Shown piece by piece: positions 37,170 through 47,007 of a stretch of DNA of 64,000 nt. Under the pieces are notes generated by a model. The model saw nothing but the letters and a program-made list of their open reading frames with translations. It ran no database searches and was not told the DNA's origin. The stretch lies in the NCBI GenBank assembly GCA_964510925.1, contig CAZEDS010000003.1, forward strand, positions 19,281 to 83,280, written 5' to 3'. The position numbers and the translations under genes are program-made. The DNA comes from an uncultured Candidatus Saccharibacteria bacterium. Its GTDB lineage: Bacteria > Patescibacteriota > WWE3 > 2-01-FULL-39-13. Numbering within the stretch: position 1 is the stretch's first letter; the number at the start of each line of letters is the position of its first letter.

Positions 37170-37254
37170 GCCGAGGTGGCGGAACTGGCAGACGCGCATG
37201 CCTTAGGAGCATGTATCGAAAGATGTGGAGGTTCAAGTCCTCTCCCCGGCACCA
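37170..37254 (+). tRNA. tRNA-Leu (anticodon TAG), long variable arm
   Basis: Hand-folded: acceptor GCCGAGG, anticodon stem CATGC/GCATG with loop CTTAGGA, T-arm GGAGG-TTCAAGT-CCTCT, CCA encoded. Confidence 0.8.
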
Positions 37255-37382
37255 TGAAGAACTGTTTACAAAATTCTTCAAATCATAATTTCATAATTGT
37301 CCAATATTCCCCTAAATATTTAAGGTCTCCTTTTTTAATGATGTAATAAAAGGAGATTTTATGATAACTTCTTTTTAAACAT

Positions 37383-37408
37383 CGACAAACTATCTAGATA
37401 GTTTGTCG
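37383..37408. promoter_or_regulatory. perfect 26-bp palindrome CGACAAACTATC-TA-GATAGTTTGTCG about 30 bp upstream of the isoprenoid/carotenoid cluster; candidate operator
   Basis: Read directly; 12-bp perfect inverted half-sites. Confidence 0.45.
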
Positions 37409-37437
37409 TTCCAAGATGTTTAACAATACTTAACAAT

Positions 37438-38475
37438 ATGGATATCGGAGATTTCATTAAGAAATTCGACACTTTATTACAAAATAATATACAAACCCAA
37501 TTAATTAAGCTAAAGAGTATTTCTGAAGACAATACGCTGGATATTTATTTACAGTCAATTCTTCCATTTATAAATTCAGGAAAGCGAATTAGGCCATATA
37601 TGGCAGCTTTGGCATATACAGATATGCCAAATAACAAATGGGAAGACATTTCTAACCAACTATTAGCGTTAGAGTACTTTCATGCATTTGCGTTAGTCCA
37701 TGATGACATAATGGATCGCAGTTTTACCCGCAGAGGAGTTCCAACCATTCACAGATATGTAAGTGATAAAATTGTTTCTCCGGATGCTACTCATTCCGGA
37801 TATAGCCAAGCAATCATCATAGGAGATTTATTACACTCGTTTTCGCAACAATTATTTATTAATTCAAAGAACCCAAATCTTGAATCAGCATATGAAGCGT
37901 TTTCAGAAATGTCTAATGAAGTAATGATTGGTCAGATGCTTGATCTGGATCTAATCAATCGATCAGCAGAAAGTGTTTCTACTGATTTAGTGGTAAAAAA
38001 AATGCTTTTAAAAACTGCAGGATATACATTTGTTAATCCTCTAAAAATTGGCTCCTTGTTGTCTGGTAGAAACAATAACCAATTCTATACTGAATTTGGA
38101 ACAGCTATCGGTCTAGCGTTCCAAATAAAAGACGACATTTTAGATGTTATTGGAACAAAAGAAGAAACTGGTAAAACACCTCTGTGCGATGTTAAGGAAG
38201 GCCAAATAACTATATTAACTGACTTTATTATTAAAAAAGGTAAAAAAGAACACAAAGATGCCTTACTTAAATATTTAGGAAAAGAATTTTTGGAAACAGA
38301 TCATAATAAAATAAGAAATATTTTTATCGAAGCAGGGGCAATAAATTATGCAGAAGAAATCGCTGCAACTAATCTTGATACGGCTAGAAAGCTACTTAGT
38401 TCATCAAATCTTTCTATGAAAACGCAAAAAGATTTAAATCATCTAATTGATAAACTCCAAACAAGAAAATCATGA
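37438..38475 (+). CDS. polyprenyl (geranylgeranyl/farnesyl) diphosphate synthase
   Basis: First DDxxD motif LVHDDIMDRS and second FQIKDDILDV. Confidence 0.85.
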   Translation: MDIGDFIKKFDTLLQNNIQTQLIKLKSISEDNTLDIYLQSILPFINSGKRIRPYMAALAYTDMPNNKWEDISNQLLALEYFHAFALVHDDIMDRSFTRRGVPTIHRYVSDKIVSPDATHSGYSQAIIIGDLLHSFSQQLFINSKNPNLESAYEAFSEMSNEVMIGQMLDLDLINRSAESVSTDLVVKKMLLKTAGYTFVNPLKIGSLLSGRNNNQFYTEFGTAIGLAFQIKDDILDVIGTKEETGKTPLCDVKEGQITILTDFIIKKGKKEHKDALLKYLGKEFLETDHNKIRNIFIEAGAINYAEEIAATNLDTARKLLSSSNLSMKTQKDLNHLIDKLQTRKS

Positions 38476-39332
38476 CTGACTATAGCGAATACTTGTATGA
38501 TGTAGAATTTTGCAGACAAATACAAAGCAAATACGGAAAATCATATTACTTCGCTACAAAGCTTTTTCCAAAAGATATTAGAAACGCTACATATATTTTA
38601 TATGCATTTTTTAGAACCCCAGATGAAATCGTTGATAACCCTAAAATCTCTGATTCTCAAATTATAAAAGATGAACTTATAAAATGGAAAACAAAATGGG
38701 AAGAAGCAAAAATTGAAAAATCAGATAATCCGGTACTGCGAGCAACTGCAAATCTATTTAAAAAATATAAAATTCCAAATGAGTACGCCGATGCATTCTT
38801 GTTGGCAATGGTTCAAGATATTGAAAAAAAAAGATATAAAAATTATCAGGAGCTTGAAAATTATATGTATGGTTCAGCAGCAGTTGTAGGATTAATGATG
38901 ACTTATGTAATAGGTTATACAGAACCAAATGCATTAGAATACGCAAAAAAGTTAGGTTACGCAATGCAACTAACAAATTTTCTAAGAGATATTGATGAAG
39001 ACTATGTAAACCGTAACCGCATTTATATGCCACAAGATGAATTAGCAAAATTTAATTTGACAGAAAATGATATTGTTAACCAAAATATAAGCGATGATTT
39101 TATCAAATTTATGAAATGGCAAATCTCCAGAGCACGTCAACTATATTTAGAGTCTAATAATGGAATTAAATACTTATCAAAACGTGGTCAATTTGCAGTA
39201 AGGCTTGGAAGTGCACTGTATGAGTCAATTTTAGCTAAAATCGAAGAAGCAAACTATAATATTTTTAACAACAGAGTAAAAACCTCATTTTTAGAAAAAT
39301 GCATAATAACAACAAAACTAATAATAAAGTAA
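38472..39332 (+). CDS. crtB: phytoene/squalene synthase family enzyme (CrtB/CrtM-like)
   Basis: YAFFRTPDEIVDN, YMYGSAAVVGLMM, RDIDEDYVNRNRIYMPQDEL. Confidence 0.8.
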   Translation: MTDYSEYLYDVEFCRQIQSKYGKSYYFATKLFPKDIRNATYILYAFFRTPDEIVDNPKISDSQIIKDELIKWKTKWEEAKIEKSDNPVLRATANLFKKYKIPNEYADAFLLAMVQDIEKKRYKNYQELENYMYGSAAVVGLMMTYVIGYTEPNALEYAKKLGYAMQLTNFLRDIDEDYVNRNRIYMPQDELAKFNLTENDIVNQNISDDFIKFMKWQISRARQLYLESNNGIKYLSKRGQFAVRLGSALYESILAKIEEANYNIFNNRVKTSFLEKCIITTKLIIK

Positions 39333-40819
39333 TAATAATCGGCTCCGGGATTGGTGGACTCGGAACAGCATGCATCCTAGGTAAAGCGGGGTATGATGTA
39401 ACTATTTTAGAAAAAAATTCAAAAATAGGTGGACGTGCAAACATATTTGAAGCAAATGGATTCCGTTTTGATATGGGACCTTCATGGTATCTAATGCCGG
39501 ATGTTTTTGAGCATTTTTTTAAACTTGTTGGAGAAAAAATAGAAGATTATTTAGATTTGCAAAAATTAGACCCTTCATACCGGATTGTATTTACTGATTC
39601 AGGAAAAGTAGTCGAAATGAAATCGAACATCACCGAAGATATAAAAATATTCGAAGAACTTGAACCTGGATCGAGCGAAGTATTAAAAAATTACCTCGAA
39701 CAGTCAAAGTTACAATACGAAATTGCAATCGCCCGATTCATGTACAAAAATTATAATTCAATAAAAGATTTTTTATCCTGGGAAATGATGACTCAAGGTA
39801 GAAAACTCTCTGTATTTTCTCGAATGCAAACTTATGTTGAGAAATTTTTTAAAACTGATTATGTACAAAAAATAATGCAGTATCAACTAGTATTTCTAGG
39901 TAGTTCCCCTTATAACACTCCGGCCTTATACAATATTATGAGCCATATTGATTTCAATATGGGTGTATTTTATCCTAAAGGCGGAATTTACGAGATTATT
40001 CGTGCTCTGGAAAAAATCACGAAAAAATATAATGTCACAATAAAAACAAACTCTGAAGTAAGCCAAATACTAATAGAAAAAGGTAGGGCAACAGCTGTCA
40101 TTTTAGAGAATGGAGAAAAAATTACAGCTGACATTGTTATTTCAAATGCAGATATTCATCATACCGAAACTAAATTATTACCGGAAAAAGCAAGAACATC
40201 TGATGAAAATTATTGGAAAAAGAAAACTTTAGCACCTTCCGCATTCATAATGTATTTAGGAATTAACAAAAAATACCCTGATCTCAGACATCATATGCTT
40301 ATGTTTTCAAAAGATTGGAAAAAAAACTTCTCAGAAATTTTTGACGATCCTGCCTGGCCAGAAGATCCATCTTATTATGTTTGCGCACCTAGTGTTACAG
40401 ATAAAACGGTAGCACCTGAAGGCAAAGAAAACTTATTTGTATTAGTACCGATAGCTCCTGGTTTAGAAGATACAGATGAAATACGAGAAGAATACTCAAA
40501 CAAAATTATTAAAATGCTCGAAAAACATCTGCTTTTAAAAGATTTAAATAAACATATAGAATATAAAAGAATTTATTGTATTCGAGATTTCGCAACCGAC
40601 TATAATAGCTATAAAGGAAGTGCACTCGGTCTAGCACATACACTCATGCAAACAGCAATTTTCAGACCCGATACAAAAAGTAAAAAGGTTGAAAATCTTT
40701 TTTATGTCGGTGCAAACACTAATCCCGGAATTGGTATGCCTATATGTTTAATTTCCGCAGAGCTCGTTTATAAAAGAATAATTGGAGATAAGTCTTCGGG
40801 CCCACTAGATCCTTTGTAG
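39299..40819 (+). CDS. crtI: phytoene desaturase family FAD-dependent oxidoreductase (CrtI/CrtN-like)
   Basis: Rossmann VIIIGSGIGGLGTACILGKAGYDVTILEKNSKIGGRA and CrtI-like C-terminus. Confidence 0.8.
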   Translation: MHNNNKTNNKVIIIGSGIGGLGTACILGKAGYDVTILEKNSKIGGRANIFEANGFRFDMGPSWYLMPDVFEHFFKLVGEKIEDYLDLQKLDPSYRIVFTDSGKVVEMKSNITEDIKIFEELEPGSSEVLKNYLEQSKLQYEIAIARFMYKNYNSIKDFLSWEMMTQGRKLSVFSRMQTYVEKFFKTDYVQKIMQYQLVFLGSSPYNTPALYNIMSHIDFNMGVFYPKGGIYEIIRALEKITKKYNVTIKTNSEVSQILIEKGRATAVILENGEKITADIVISNADIHHTETKLLPEKARTSDENYWKKKTLAPSAFIMYLGINKKYPDLRHHMLMFSKDWKKNFSEIFDDPAWPEDPSYYVCAPSVTDKTVAPEGKENLFVLVPIAPGLEDTDEIREEYSNKIIKMLEKHLLLKDLNKHIEYKRIYCIRDFATDYNSYKGSALGLAHTLMQTAIFRPDTKSKKVENLFYVGANTNPGIGMPICLISAELVYKRIIGDKSSGPLDPL

Positions 40820-41662
40820 CAAAATATAAAGGAATAAAATCATTCCACAAATAGTATTCAAGTATGGAAAATACTTATATAAAGATAGAAGTGCTTCATT
40901 GCCATGTGTTTTCATTGATAAAAACATTAAAACTCCATATGGAACAAATAGAATATATGCGATAAATCCGATCACATATGAGGAAATAATCGCTGAGCCC
41001 AGATATAAAACAAAACACCAGATTAGCGTTGGCGTTTTTCTTAATAAAGTAGCACTGGTTTTTAATCCTGCTTGTTTATCTGATTCAATGTCCGGAACCG
41101 CAGAGTACGCATGCATAGCCATTACCCATAAAATACCAGCTATAACCAGAAAATAATTAAGATCAGTTCCACCAAGCGCAAAATATACAGAAATCGCAGG
41201 TAAAATATACAAGACATTAAATATGGAATCTAAAAAGGGGATTGCTTTTGCTCGAATAGGTTTTAACGAATAAAAAATTGAGAAAAACCAAAACAATAAG
41301 AGTTGAATAATAGAATTAAAAGGCAGATAAAAAACAAGTAAAAGAAAAGGCAAATTAGTGAATACAATCATTTTAATTAAAGCTTTTACCTGTTGTGACT
41401 CCAGCAAATTTTCGTAAGTTCCTTTTTTAAAGTTAAATGCATCTGTATCCCTATCTGCAATATCATTAACTCCATATATAAGCAGATTTACCGGATATGT
41501 TAGATACAATATTAAAAATAGGATAGGTACTGGAAATGAAAGACTCGCTAAAGCTGAAAAATCCACCAAAGAAGCTAATACTAATAATACTGGGCCTATT
41601 ATATAAATCCAAAATCTTGGACGGCTTACGTCTAAATATATCTTCAGCTTTGGATACATCAT
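40805..41662 (-). CDS. UbiA-family prenyltransferase (lycopene elongase-like candidate)
   Basis: YGVNDIADRDTD matches NDxxDxxxD; 8-9 TM helices. Confidence 0.65.
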   Translation of the reverse strand: MMYPKLKIYLDVSRPRFWIYIIGPVLLVLASLVDFSALASLSFPVPILFLILYLTYPVNLLIYGVNDIADRDTDAFNFKKGTYENLLESQQVKALIKMIVFTNLPFLLLVFYLPFNSIIQLLLFWFFSIFYSLKPIRAKAIPFLDSIFNVLYILPAISVYFALGGTDLNYFLVIAGILWVMAMHAYSAVPDIESDKQAGLKTSATLLRKTPTLIWCFVLYLGSAIISSYVIGFIAYILFVPYGVLMFLSMKTHGNEALLSLYKYFPYLNTICGMILFLYILLQRI

Positions 41663-41678
41663 ATAATTATATTAATTA

Positions 41679-42419
41679 ATGTTATCTTTATCATATCTAT
41701 CTAAAGCAATTACAGCAATATTAATAGCGATACCGGCTTTTTTTATGGTTTTTTTTGAGGATTTGCCGACACCAAGTTTTTTACCAGTTTTATTAATACT
41801 AGTTTTAGCCGCTCCGACACTGATCAATTTTATAGAATCACAAAGTAGATATAAAGCTCTAGCGGTATATTTACTATTTACTATAATCGCAATATCAATC
41901 GAGTTGATTGGAGTAAGGACAGGGTTTCCTTATGGGAATTTTCATTACAGTGACCTTCTTCCATTAAAAGTAGCAGGTGAAGTTCCTGTTACACTATCAC
42001 TTACATTTGTTCCTCTATTAATCGGCGCTTTCGCAATATCACAAAAAATTTCAAATAATAAACTAACCAGAATAATTTTAACGACAGTATTTCTACTTTT
42101 AGCTGATTTAGTTTTGGATCCCGGAGCAGTACACGTTAATTTGTGGACATTTGAACAAAATGGATTTTATTATAATGTTCCATTCAGTAACTATTTAGGA
42201 TGGATATTTTCAGGTTTGATTTTTTCAGTGTTATGCGCAATATTTTTAAACGAAGTAAATTTTAACCACAAAAAAATAACATTTACATACGTGGCAACAG
42301 TTTGGTATTGGACCATAGCTTGTCTTTCTGCGGGTTTAGTCATTCCAGTGATAGTAGGATTGTCCTTACTTATTTATTTAGAATTTAGCAGAAACTCAAA
42401 TCTATATGTTAAATTTTAG
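41679..42419 (+). CDS. polytopic membrane protein, candidate carotenoid cyclase/hydratase-type (lycopene-cyclase-domain or CruF-like) - inference from context
   Basis: 7 predicted TM helices, 246 aa, sits in isoprenoid cluster; no motif confirmed. Confidence 0.3.
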   Translation: MLSLSYLSKAITAILIAIPAFFMVFFEDLPTPSFLPVLLILVLAAPTLINFIESQSRYKALAVYLLFTIIAISIELIGVRTGFPYGNFHYSDLLPLKVAGEVPVTLSLTFVPLLIGAFAISQKISNNKLTRIILTTVFLLLADLVLDPGAVHVNLWTFEQNGFYYNVPFSNYLGWIFSGLIFSVLCAIFLNEVNFNHKKITFTYVATVWYWTIACLSAGLVIPVIVGLSLLIYLEFSRNSNLYVKF

Positions 42420-42421
42420 AT

Positions 42422-42751
42422 ATGATCAGCACAAATTTACAGCGAAGAATTAAACTATGTTTAATGAATATGGGGGTTTATTTATCTTTACAAGGATATA
42501 TTTACTATTTTCAAGGTTATAACTTTTTCAAGATCTGCATCAGCGAAATACTTTGTGCACATATAGACCATATTCTGCAAATCCTAACAAACTTACCTTA
42601 CATAATTTACTCTCAAAATCCTAAATTCCCATATCATGCGACATTTAGCTATAAAATGATCATATTTAATATGTTTGCTAACACATTAATTTTTTTCATA
42701 CTATTAACAATTGAAGATCTCACAAAGCCTACCAAATACAAGAATATATAA
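42422..42751 (+). CDS. hypothetical small protein (possibly spurious)
   Basis: ORF only, AT-rich. Confidence 0.15.
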   Translation: MISTNLQRRIKLCLMNMGVYLSLQGYIYYFQGYNFFKICISEILCAHIDHILQILTNLPYIIYSQNPKFPYHATFSYKMIIFNMFANTLIFFILLTIEDLTKPTKYKNI

Positions 42752-42802
42752 AATAAACCTAAAAAATAGTACTGGTGGATGGTATAATTTCTAACATTGT
42801 AT

Positions 42803-42878
42803 GCACCAGTAGCTCAGTGGATAGAGCAACTGCCTTCTAAGCAGTAGGTCGCAGGTTCGATCCCTGCCTGGTGCACCA
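42803..42878 (+). tRNA. tRNA-Arg (anticodon TCT)
   Basis: Hand-folded: acceptor GCACCAG/CTGGTGC, anticodon stem ACTGC/GCAGT with loop CTTCTAA, T-arm GCAGG-TTCGATC-CCTGC, CCA encoded. Confidence 0.8.
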
Positions 42879-42961
42879 TATTACTTATAAACCTCCTTTT
42901 AAAAATAAATTTAAATGCCAAATAAGCAAAATGCAGAGAGGGAATACTCTAACTATGACAT

Positions 42962-43675
42962 TTGCCCACCGCAAAAACTTTTGCTAGACTCCGTTTAATG
43001 CCAATAGATACTGATAAACAATTTAAACTGTTTTTGCTTCCATTTTTGTACTTTTATATGCTTTCATTCGGACTAATAGCCGTATCATCGTACTTATTAG
43101 TTAGAAATGTTTCACCTACAAAAATTAATGCGAGCACTGGAATACAAAACAAAATCCAAGTTCAGCTTTCACCAAAAATCAAAACAATAAAATCAGACAC
43201 ATCTACCGAAAAAAATTTTTGTAACTTAGAGTCAGCAGGAAAAATCGACAAGTTTTTTCGCTTAAAAAACGCACCATTAGCAGGTCATGGATGCGATTTT
43301 GATATTCACGGTCAAGAAAACGAAGTTGATGGTGCAATGGTTGCATCGATCGCCTGGTGCGAGAGCAATGGTGGAAAAACCACCCCTCAATTTGGTAACA
43401 AGGAATCGTTTAATGCTTGGGGCTGGGCTGTATTTGATAGCAATGACACAACAAAAAATGTAGATGGATATTCATGCGATAGCTGGGAACACTGCATAGG
43501 TCGTGTTACACGAGGCATTTCAAGAAACGCAAATAAAAGGGATATAACCACTTCGCCAGAAGACACAGTGACTTGGTACAACCCAGGCTCAATTGATAGG
43601 GCAGGCGGAATTTTAGCAAATTCAACTTGGCTAAAATGTGTGAATAACACTAAAAAAATGATCGAAAATATTTAG
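42962..43675 (+). CDS. secreted protein with SLT-like lytic transglycosylase motif
   Basis: N-terminal TM/signal; ASIAWCESNGG resembles SLT catalytic E-S region. Confidence 0.35.
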   Translation: MPTAKTFARLRLMPIDTDKQFKLFLLPFLYFYMLSFGLIAVSSYLLVRNVSPTKINASTGIQNKIQVQLSPKIKTIKSDTSTEKNFCNLESAGKIDKFFRLKNAPLAGHGCDFDIHGQENEVDGAMVASIAWCESNGGKTTPQFGNKESFNAWGWAVFDSNDTTKNVDGYSCDSWEHCIGRVTRGISRNANKRDITTSPEDTVTWYNPGSIDRAGGILANSTWLKCVNNTKKMIENI

Positions 43676-43766
43676 GGACAGATCTCTATTTTTCATAAAC
43701 GCACATATCGCTTATTACTACTCACTTTTTTGAGGATGGATTAAAATATCTATACACAAAAAACTT

Positions 43767-43811
43767 CAAGGTCGCACCTTTTAAGGTCTGACCTTAAAAG
43801 GTGCGACCTTG
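43767..43811. repeat. nested perfect palindrome CAAGGTCGCACCTTTT-AAGGTCTGACCTT-AAAAGGTGCGACCTTG abutting tRNA-Leu(CAG) 5' end; partial copy at 61686-61711
   Basis: Read directly; inner loop itself palindromic around TCTGA. Confidence 0.6.
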
Positions 43812-43896
43812 CCGGGATGGTGAAATGGCAGACACGCAGTGTTCAGAACGCTGTATCCGCAAGGATGTGGAGGTTCAAGTCCTCTTCCCGGCACCA
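43811..43896 (+). tRNA. tRNA-Leu (anticodon CAG), long variable arm
   Basis: Hand-folded: acceptor GCCGGGA/TCCCGGC, anticodon stem CAGTG/CGCTG with loop TTCAGAA, T-arm GGAGG-TTCAAGT-CCTCT, CCA encoded. Confidence 0.8.
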
Positions 43897-43926
43897 AGTT
43901 GTTCACGAATACCATGAGTGATTACA

Positions 43927-43995
43927 ACTTGGGGTGTCACGCAGTGACCACCAATTTCTTATGAACGTAGTGAATTAGAAATTGGGGTACTCGTA
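43927..43995 (+). repeat. tRNA-Leu-associated repeat units (b-type 43927-43954, truncated a-type 43961-43995) downstream of tRNA-Leu(CAG)
   Basis: ACTTGGGGTGTCACGCAGTGACCACCAA and ATGAACGTAGTGAATTAGAAATTGGGGTACTCGTA match block at 36935-37033. Confidence 0.6.
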
Positions 43996-44072
43996 AAACT
44001 TAAACCTATACATCTGTTTTGAACTCTACCCCAAAATCAAGTAGAATACGTAAGTAATTTATTGATATAAAT

Positions 44073-45131
44073 ATGTTTAAAATTAAAAAGCTGTATATAG
44101 TAATTATTGTGTTGGTAGCAATTGGTCTGATTTATTATTTTTTCTTTAATGAAAAATCTGTATCTGTAAAACGAATACAAACCACAAACGTAAAAGTGTT
44201 AAAAAGCGTTTCTGCAGATGGAACAATAGAATCAAATAGCAAAACAGATCTTTCTTTTGGAGCGACAGGAAAAATACTTTCCATAAATGTTCAAAAATAT
44301 GACACAGTTATAAAAGGCCAATTACTAGCAACGCTAGATCAATCAAGTTATCAAAACACTGTGCAGTCATATAAAGACGCAAGAGATATTACATTACGAA
44401 ACAGAGATTTATTTATTTCTAAGTATAGAGATCAAGACTCAAGAAATTCGCTTGGAGGTGAAGAAGAGTATCAAATCAGCCTAAGAAAAGAGAACGAACT
44501 AGTCAGCCAAGCACAAGCCGCCTATAATGCACAACTTTCTGGATATAAAAATCTTACAATCAAAGCTCCTTTTGCTGGAGTCATCGTTGTATCAGACAAA
44601 AAACCTGGAGAAACGGCAACAATCGGTCAAACTATATTTAAATTAGTAGATCTTAATAACCTTTATTTTGAAGCATTTCTAGACCAAGAAGATTTTGGCG
44701 CTCTAAAACAAGGGCAAAATGCCGAAATAACACTTGATGCATATGCTGATCAGGAACCAATGTCAGGTACTATTTCAGAACTCCCAAAAATCATCGAGGA
44801 TGGACGCACTAATTTTTTAATAAAAATTCCATTCAATCCAAACGGAAAAAACATCGCATATGGAATGAGCGGTGAAGCACGAATCATCGTTGATGAAACA
44901 CCAAAAGAAGTACAAGCTTTATCTTTTGATATCTTATTTGAAGATGATGTAAGTAAAAAAATGTATGTTTGGATTTTAGAAAATGGAAAGCTACAAAAAA
45001 AATATGTGCAAATTGGCTTAGAAGGTGATTTTTACACTGAAATTAAAGATGATTTATCTGGATTTGATCTTGTAATGCCTTCAGAAACACCAAAAGAAGA
45101 TATTACAGGTACTAAAGCAAAAATTTTATAA
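44073..45131 (+). CDS. efflux periplasmic adaptor (HlyD/MacA-family membrane fusion protein)
   Basis: N-terminal TM, biotinyl/lipoyl-like and beta-barrel pattern; precedes MacB-type ABC pair. Confidence 0.7.
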   Translation: MFKIKKLYIVIIVLVAIGLIYYFFFNEKSVSVKRIQTTNVKVLKSVSADGTIESNSKTDLSFGATGKILSINVQKYDTVIKGQLLATLDQSSYQNTVQSYKDARDITLRNRDLFISKYRDQDSRNSLGGEEEYQISLRKENELVSQAQAAYNAQLSGYKNLTIKAPFAGVIVVSDKKPGETATIGQTIFKLVDLNNLYFEAFLDQEDFGALKQGQNAEITLDAYADQEPMSGTISELPKIIEDGRTNFLIKIPFNPNGKNIAYGMSGEARIIVDETPKEVQALSFDILFEDDVSKKMYVWILENGKLQKKYVQIGLEGDFYTEIKDDLSGFDLVMPSETPKEDITGTKAKIL

Positions 45132-45796
45132 TGGTAATCTTAGAGGCCAAAAATATAGTTAAATCATATACAGTAGGAGATCAGCAGATTGATGCCCTAA
45201 AAGGAGTTAACCTTAAAATTGAATCTGGCGAATACACTTCTTTGCTTGGAAAATCTGGCTCAGGAAAATCTACCTTAATGCATATAATTGGATTATTAGA
45301 CACTCCAACGCAAGGTCAAATCATTCTTGGAGGCGAAGATGTTAGCAAACTTCCAGAAAATCAATTAGCTAGAATAAGAAATCAAAAAATAGGATTTGTA
45401 TTTCAATCGTTCAACCTTTTGCAACGTACAACAGCACTTGATAACGTGATCCTTCCATTAAAATACAGCAATGTACCAAGATCTGAATGGCAAAAACTTG
45501 CAGAAGAAAAGCTAACACTGGTTGGTCTTAAAGAAAGAATGTATAACAAATCAAATGAACTTTCTGGTGGGCAAAAACAGAGAGTCGCTATTGCACGTGC
45601 ATTAATAAATGATCCCGAAATTATTCTTGCAGATGAGCCAACAGGAAATCTTGATACCAAAACAGGCGAAGAAATAATCAAAATCTTTGAAGAACTTCAC
45701 GCCAAAGGCAAAACCATAATTATCGTCACACACGATGACGATTTGGCTGAAAAAACAAAAAGAAAAATAGTAATAAGAGATGGTTTAATCGTATAA
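45131..45796 (+). CDS. ABC transporter ATP-binding protein (MacB/LolD-type)
   Basis: Walker [10 protein letters not shown], signature [15 protein letters not shown], Walker [12 protein letters not shown]. Confidence 0.9.
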   Translation: MVILEAKNIVKSYTVGDQQIDALKGVNLKIESGEYTSLLGKSGSGKSTLMHIIGLLDTPTQGQIILGGEDVSKLPENQLARIRNQKIGFVFQSFNLLQRTTALDNVILPLKYSNVPRSEWQKLAEEKLTLVGLKERMYNKSNELSGGQKQRVAIARALINDPEIILADEPTGNLDTKTGEEIIKIFEELHAKGKTIIIVTHDDDLAEKTKRKIVIRDGLIV

Positions 45797-45797
45797 A

Positions 45798-46979
45798 ATG
45801 TTAATTTCAGAAATTTTTAGAACAGCATATACCGCACTAGTTTCAAATAAAGTTAGATCTGCATTAACAATGTTGGGAGTAATTATAGGAGTTGCTGCAG
45901 TTATCCTTTTGATATCCATTGGAAAAGGTGTCCAAAATTTTATTACGGATCAGTTTGATGCACTTGGTTCAAATTTAGTTTTTGTTTCTCCAGGCAACAG
46001 AAGTTTTGGTGGCGATCCTGCTTTAGCATTTAGCAGAAACAAACTTGATGAAAAACACGTAAATATAATTGAGCGATATGCATCCGAAACTGTTCAATAT
46101 ATCACCCCAAATCTCGCAAGTAATGCAACCGTAAAATATAAAAATAAATCTTTTACCTCAAGTATTTATGGTAATAACGAGAATGCATTAAATGTTTTTA
46201 ATTTTGAGCTAGACAAAGGAAGATTTTTTTCAAGAAACGAAGTTCGCTCAAATGCAAAAGTTATAGTTCTTGGTCCAACAATTGCATCAGATCTATTTGG
46301 ATCACGAAACCCAATTGGCGAAAAAATAAAAGTTAAAGATGACACATACGAAATCATAGGTATTTTAAAAACCAAAGGCAGAAGCTTCGATAACACAGCA
46401 TTAGCTCCATATACATCCATAAAAGACACGCTAGAGATCAAAAATTATTCAAGCATTGTTATGAAATCATACAAAGATGTAAGCACCGATACGACTATGA
46501 GACAAGTCAAAAATGCTGTATTACGAGATTTAAATGAAGATGAATTCACAGTTATGTCTCAGCAAGATATCTTATCTTCAATCCAGAATATCTTACAGAT
46601 GTTAACACTAGGTCTTGGTGCAATTGCCGCAATTTCGCTATTAGTAGGTGGTATTGGAATCATGAATATTATGTTAGTTTCAGTCACCGAAAGAACACGT
46701 GAAATCGGGTTAAGAAAAGCAATCGGGGCAACACCAAACGAAATTGCTTCACAATTTTTGATCGAATCAATATTGCTAAGTATCTTAGGTGGATCTATTG
46801 GAATAATTATAGGTTGGTTAAGCTCATTAGGCGCTAGGGCCTTCTTAAGAACTGAAGTACCATGGTGGGCAGTTTTGATAGCCTTTTCATTTGCTGCCTT
46901 AGTAGGTATAATTTTCGGGACGTATCCGGCAATAAAAGCAAGTAAAAAAGATCCGATAGAAGCTTTACGTTATGAGTAG
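45798..46979 (+). CDS. ABC transporter permease (FtsX/MacB-type)
   Basis: N-terminal TM, large periplasmic domain, C-terminal FtsX 3-TM bundle with GGIGIMNIMLVSVTERTREIGLRKAIGA. Confidence 0.85.
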   Translation: MLISEIFRTAYTALVSNKVRSALTMLGVIIGVAAVILLISIGKGVQNFITDQFDALGSNLVFVSPGNRSFGGDPALAFSRNKLDEKHVNIIERYASETVQYITPNLASNATVKYKNKSFTSSIYGNNENALNVFNFELDKGRFFSRNEVRSNAKVIVLGPTIASDLFGSRNPIGEKIKVKDDTYEIIGILKTKGRSFDNTALAPYTSIKDTLEIKNYSSIVMKSYKDVSTDTTMRQVKNAVLRDLNEDEFTVMSQQDILSSIQNILQMLTLGLGAIAAISLLVGGIGIMNIMLVSVTERTREIGLRKAIGATPNEIASQFLIESILLSILGGSIGIIIGWLSSLGARAFLRTEVPWWAVLIAFSFAALVGIIFGTYPAIKASKKDPIEALRYE

Positions 46980-47007
46980 TTTTAGAATTCAATAGTTAAA
47001 AATCAAA

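Noticed and set aside
36808-37199. ORFs 36808-36996 (+) and 36933-37199 (-)
   Set aside because: Overlap tRNA-Leu(GAG), the repeat block and tRNA-Leu(TAG).
42422-42751. 109-aa ORF after the isoprenoid cluster as a sixth pathway gene
   Set aside because: AT-rich, no motif, likely spurious; retained only as very low-confidence feature.
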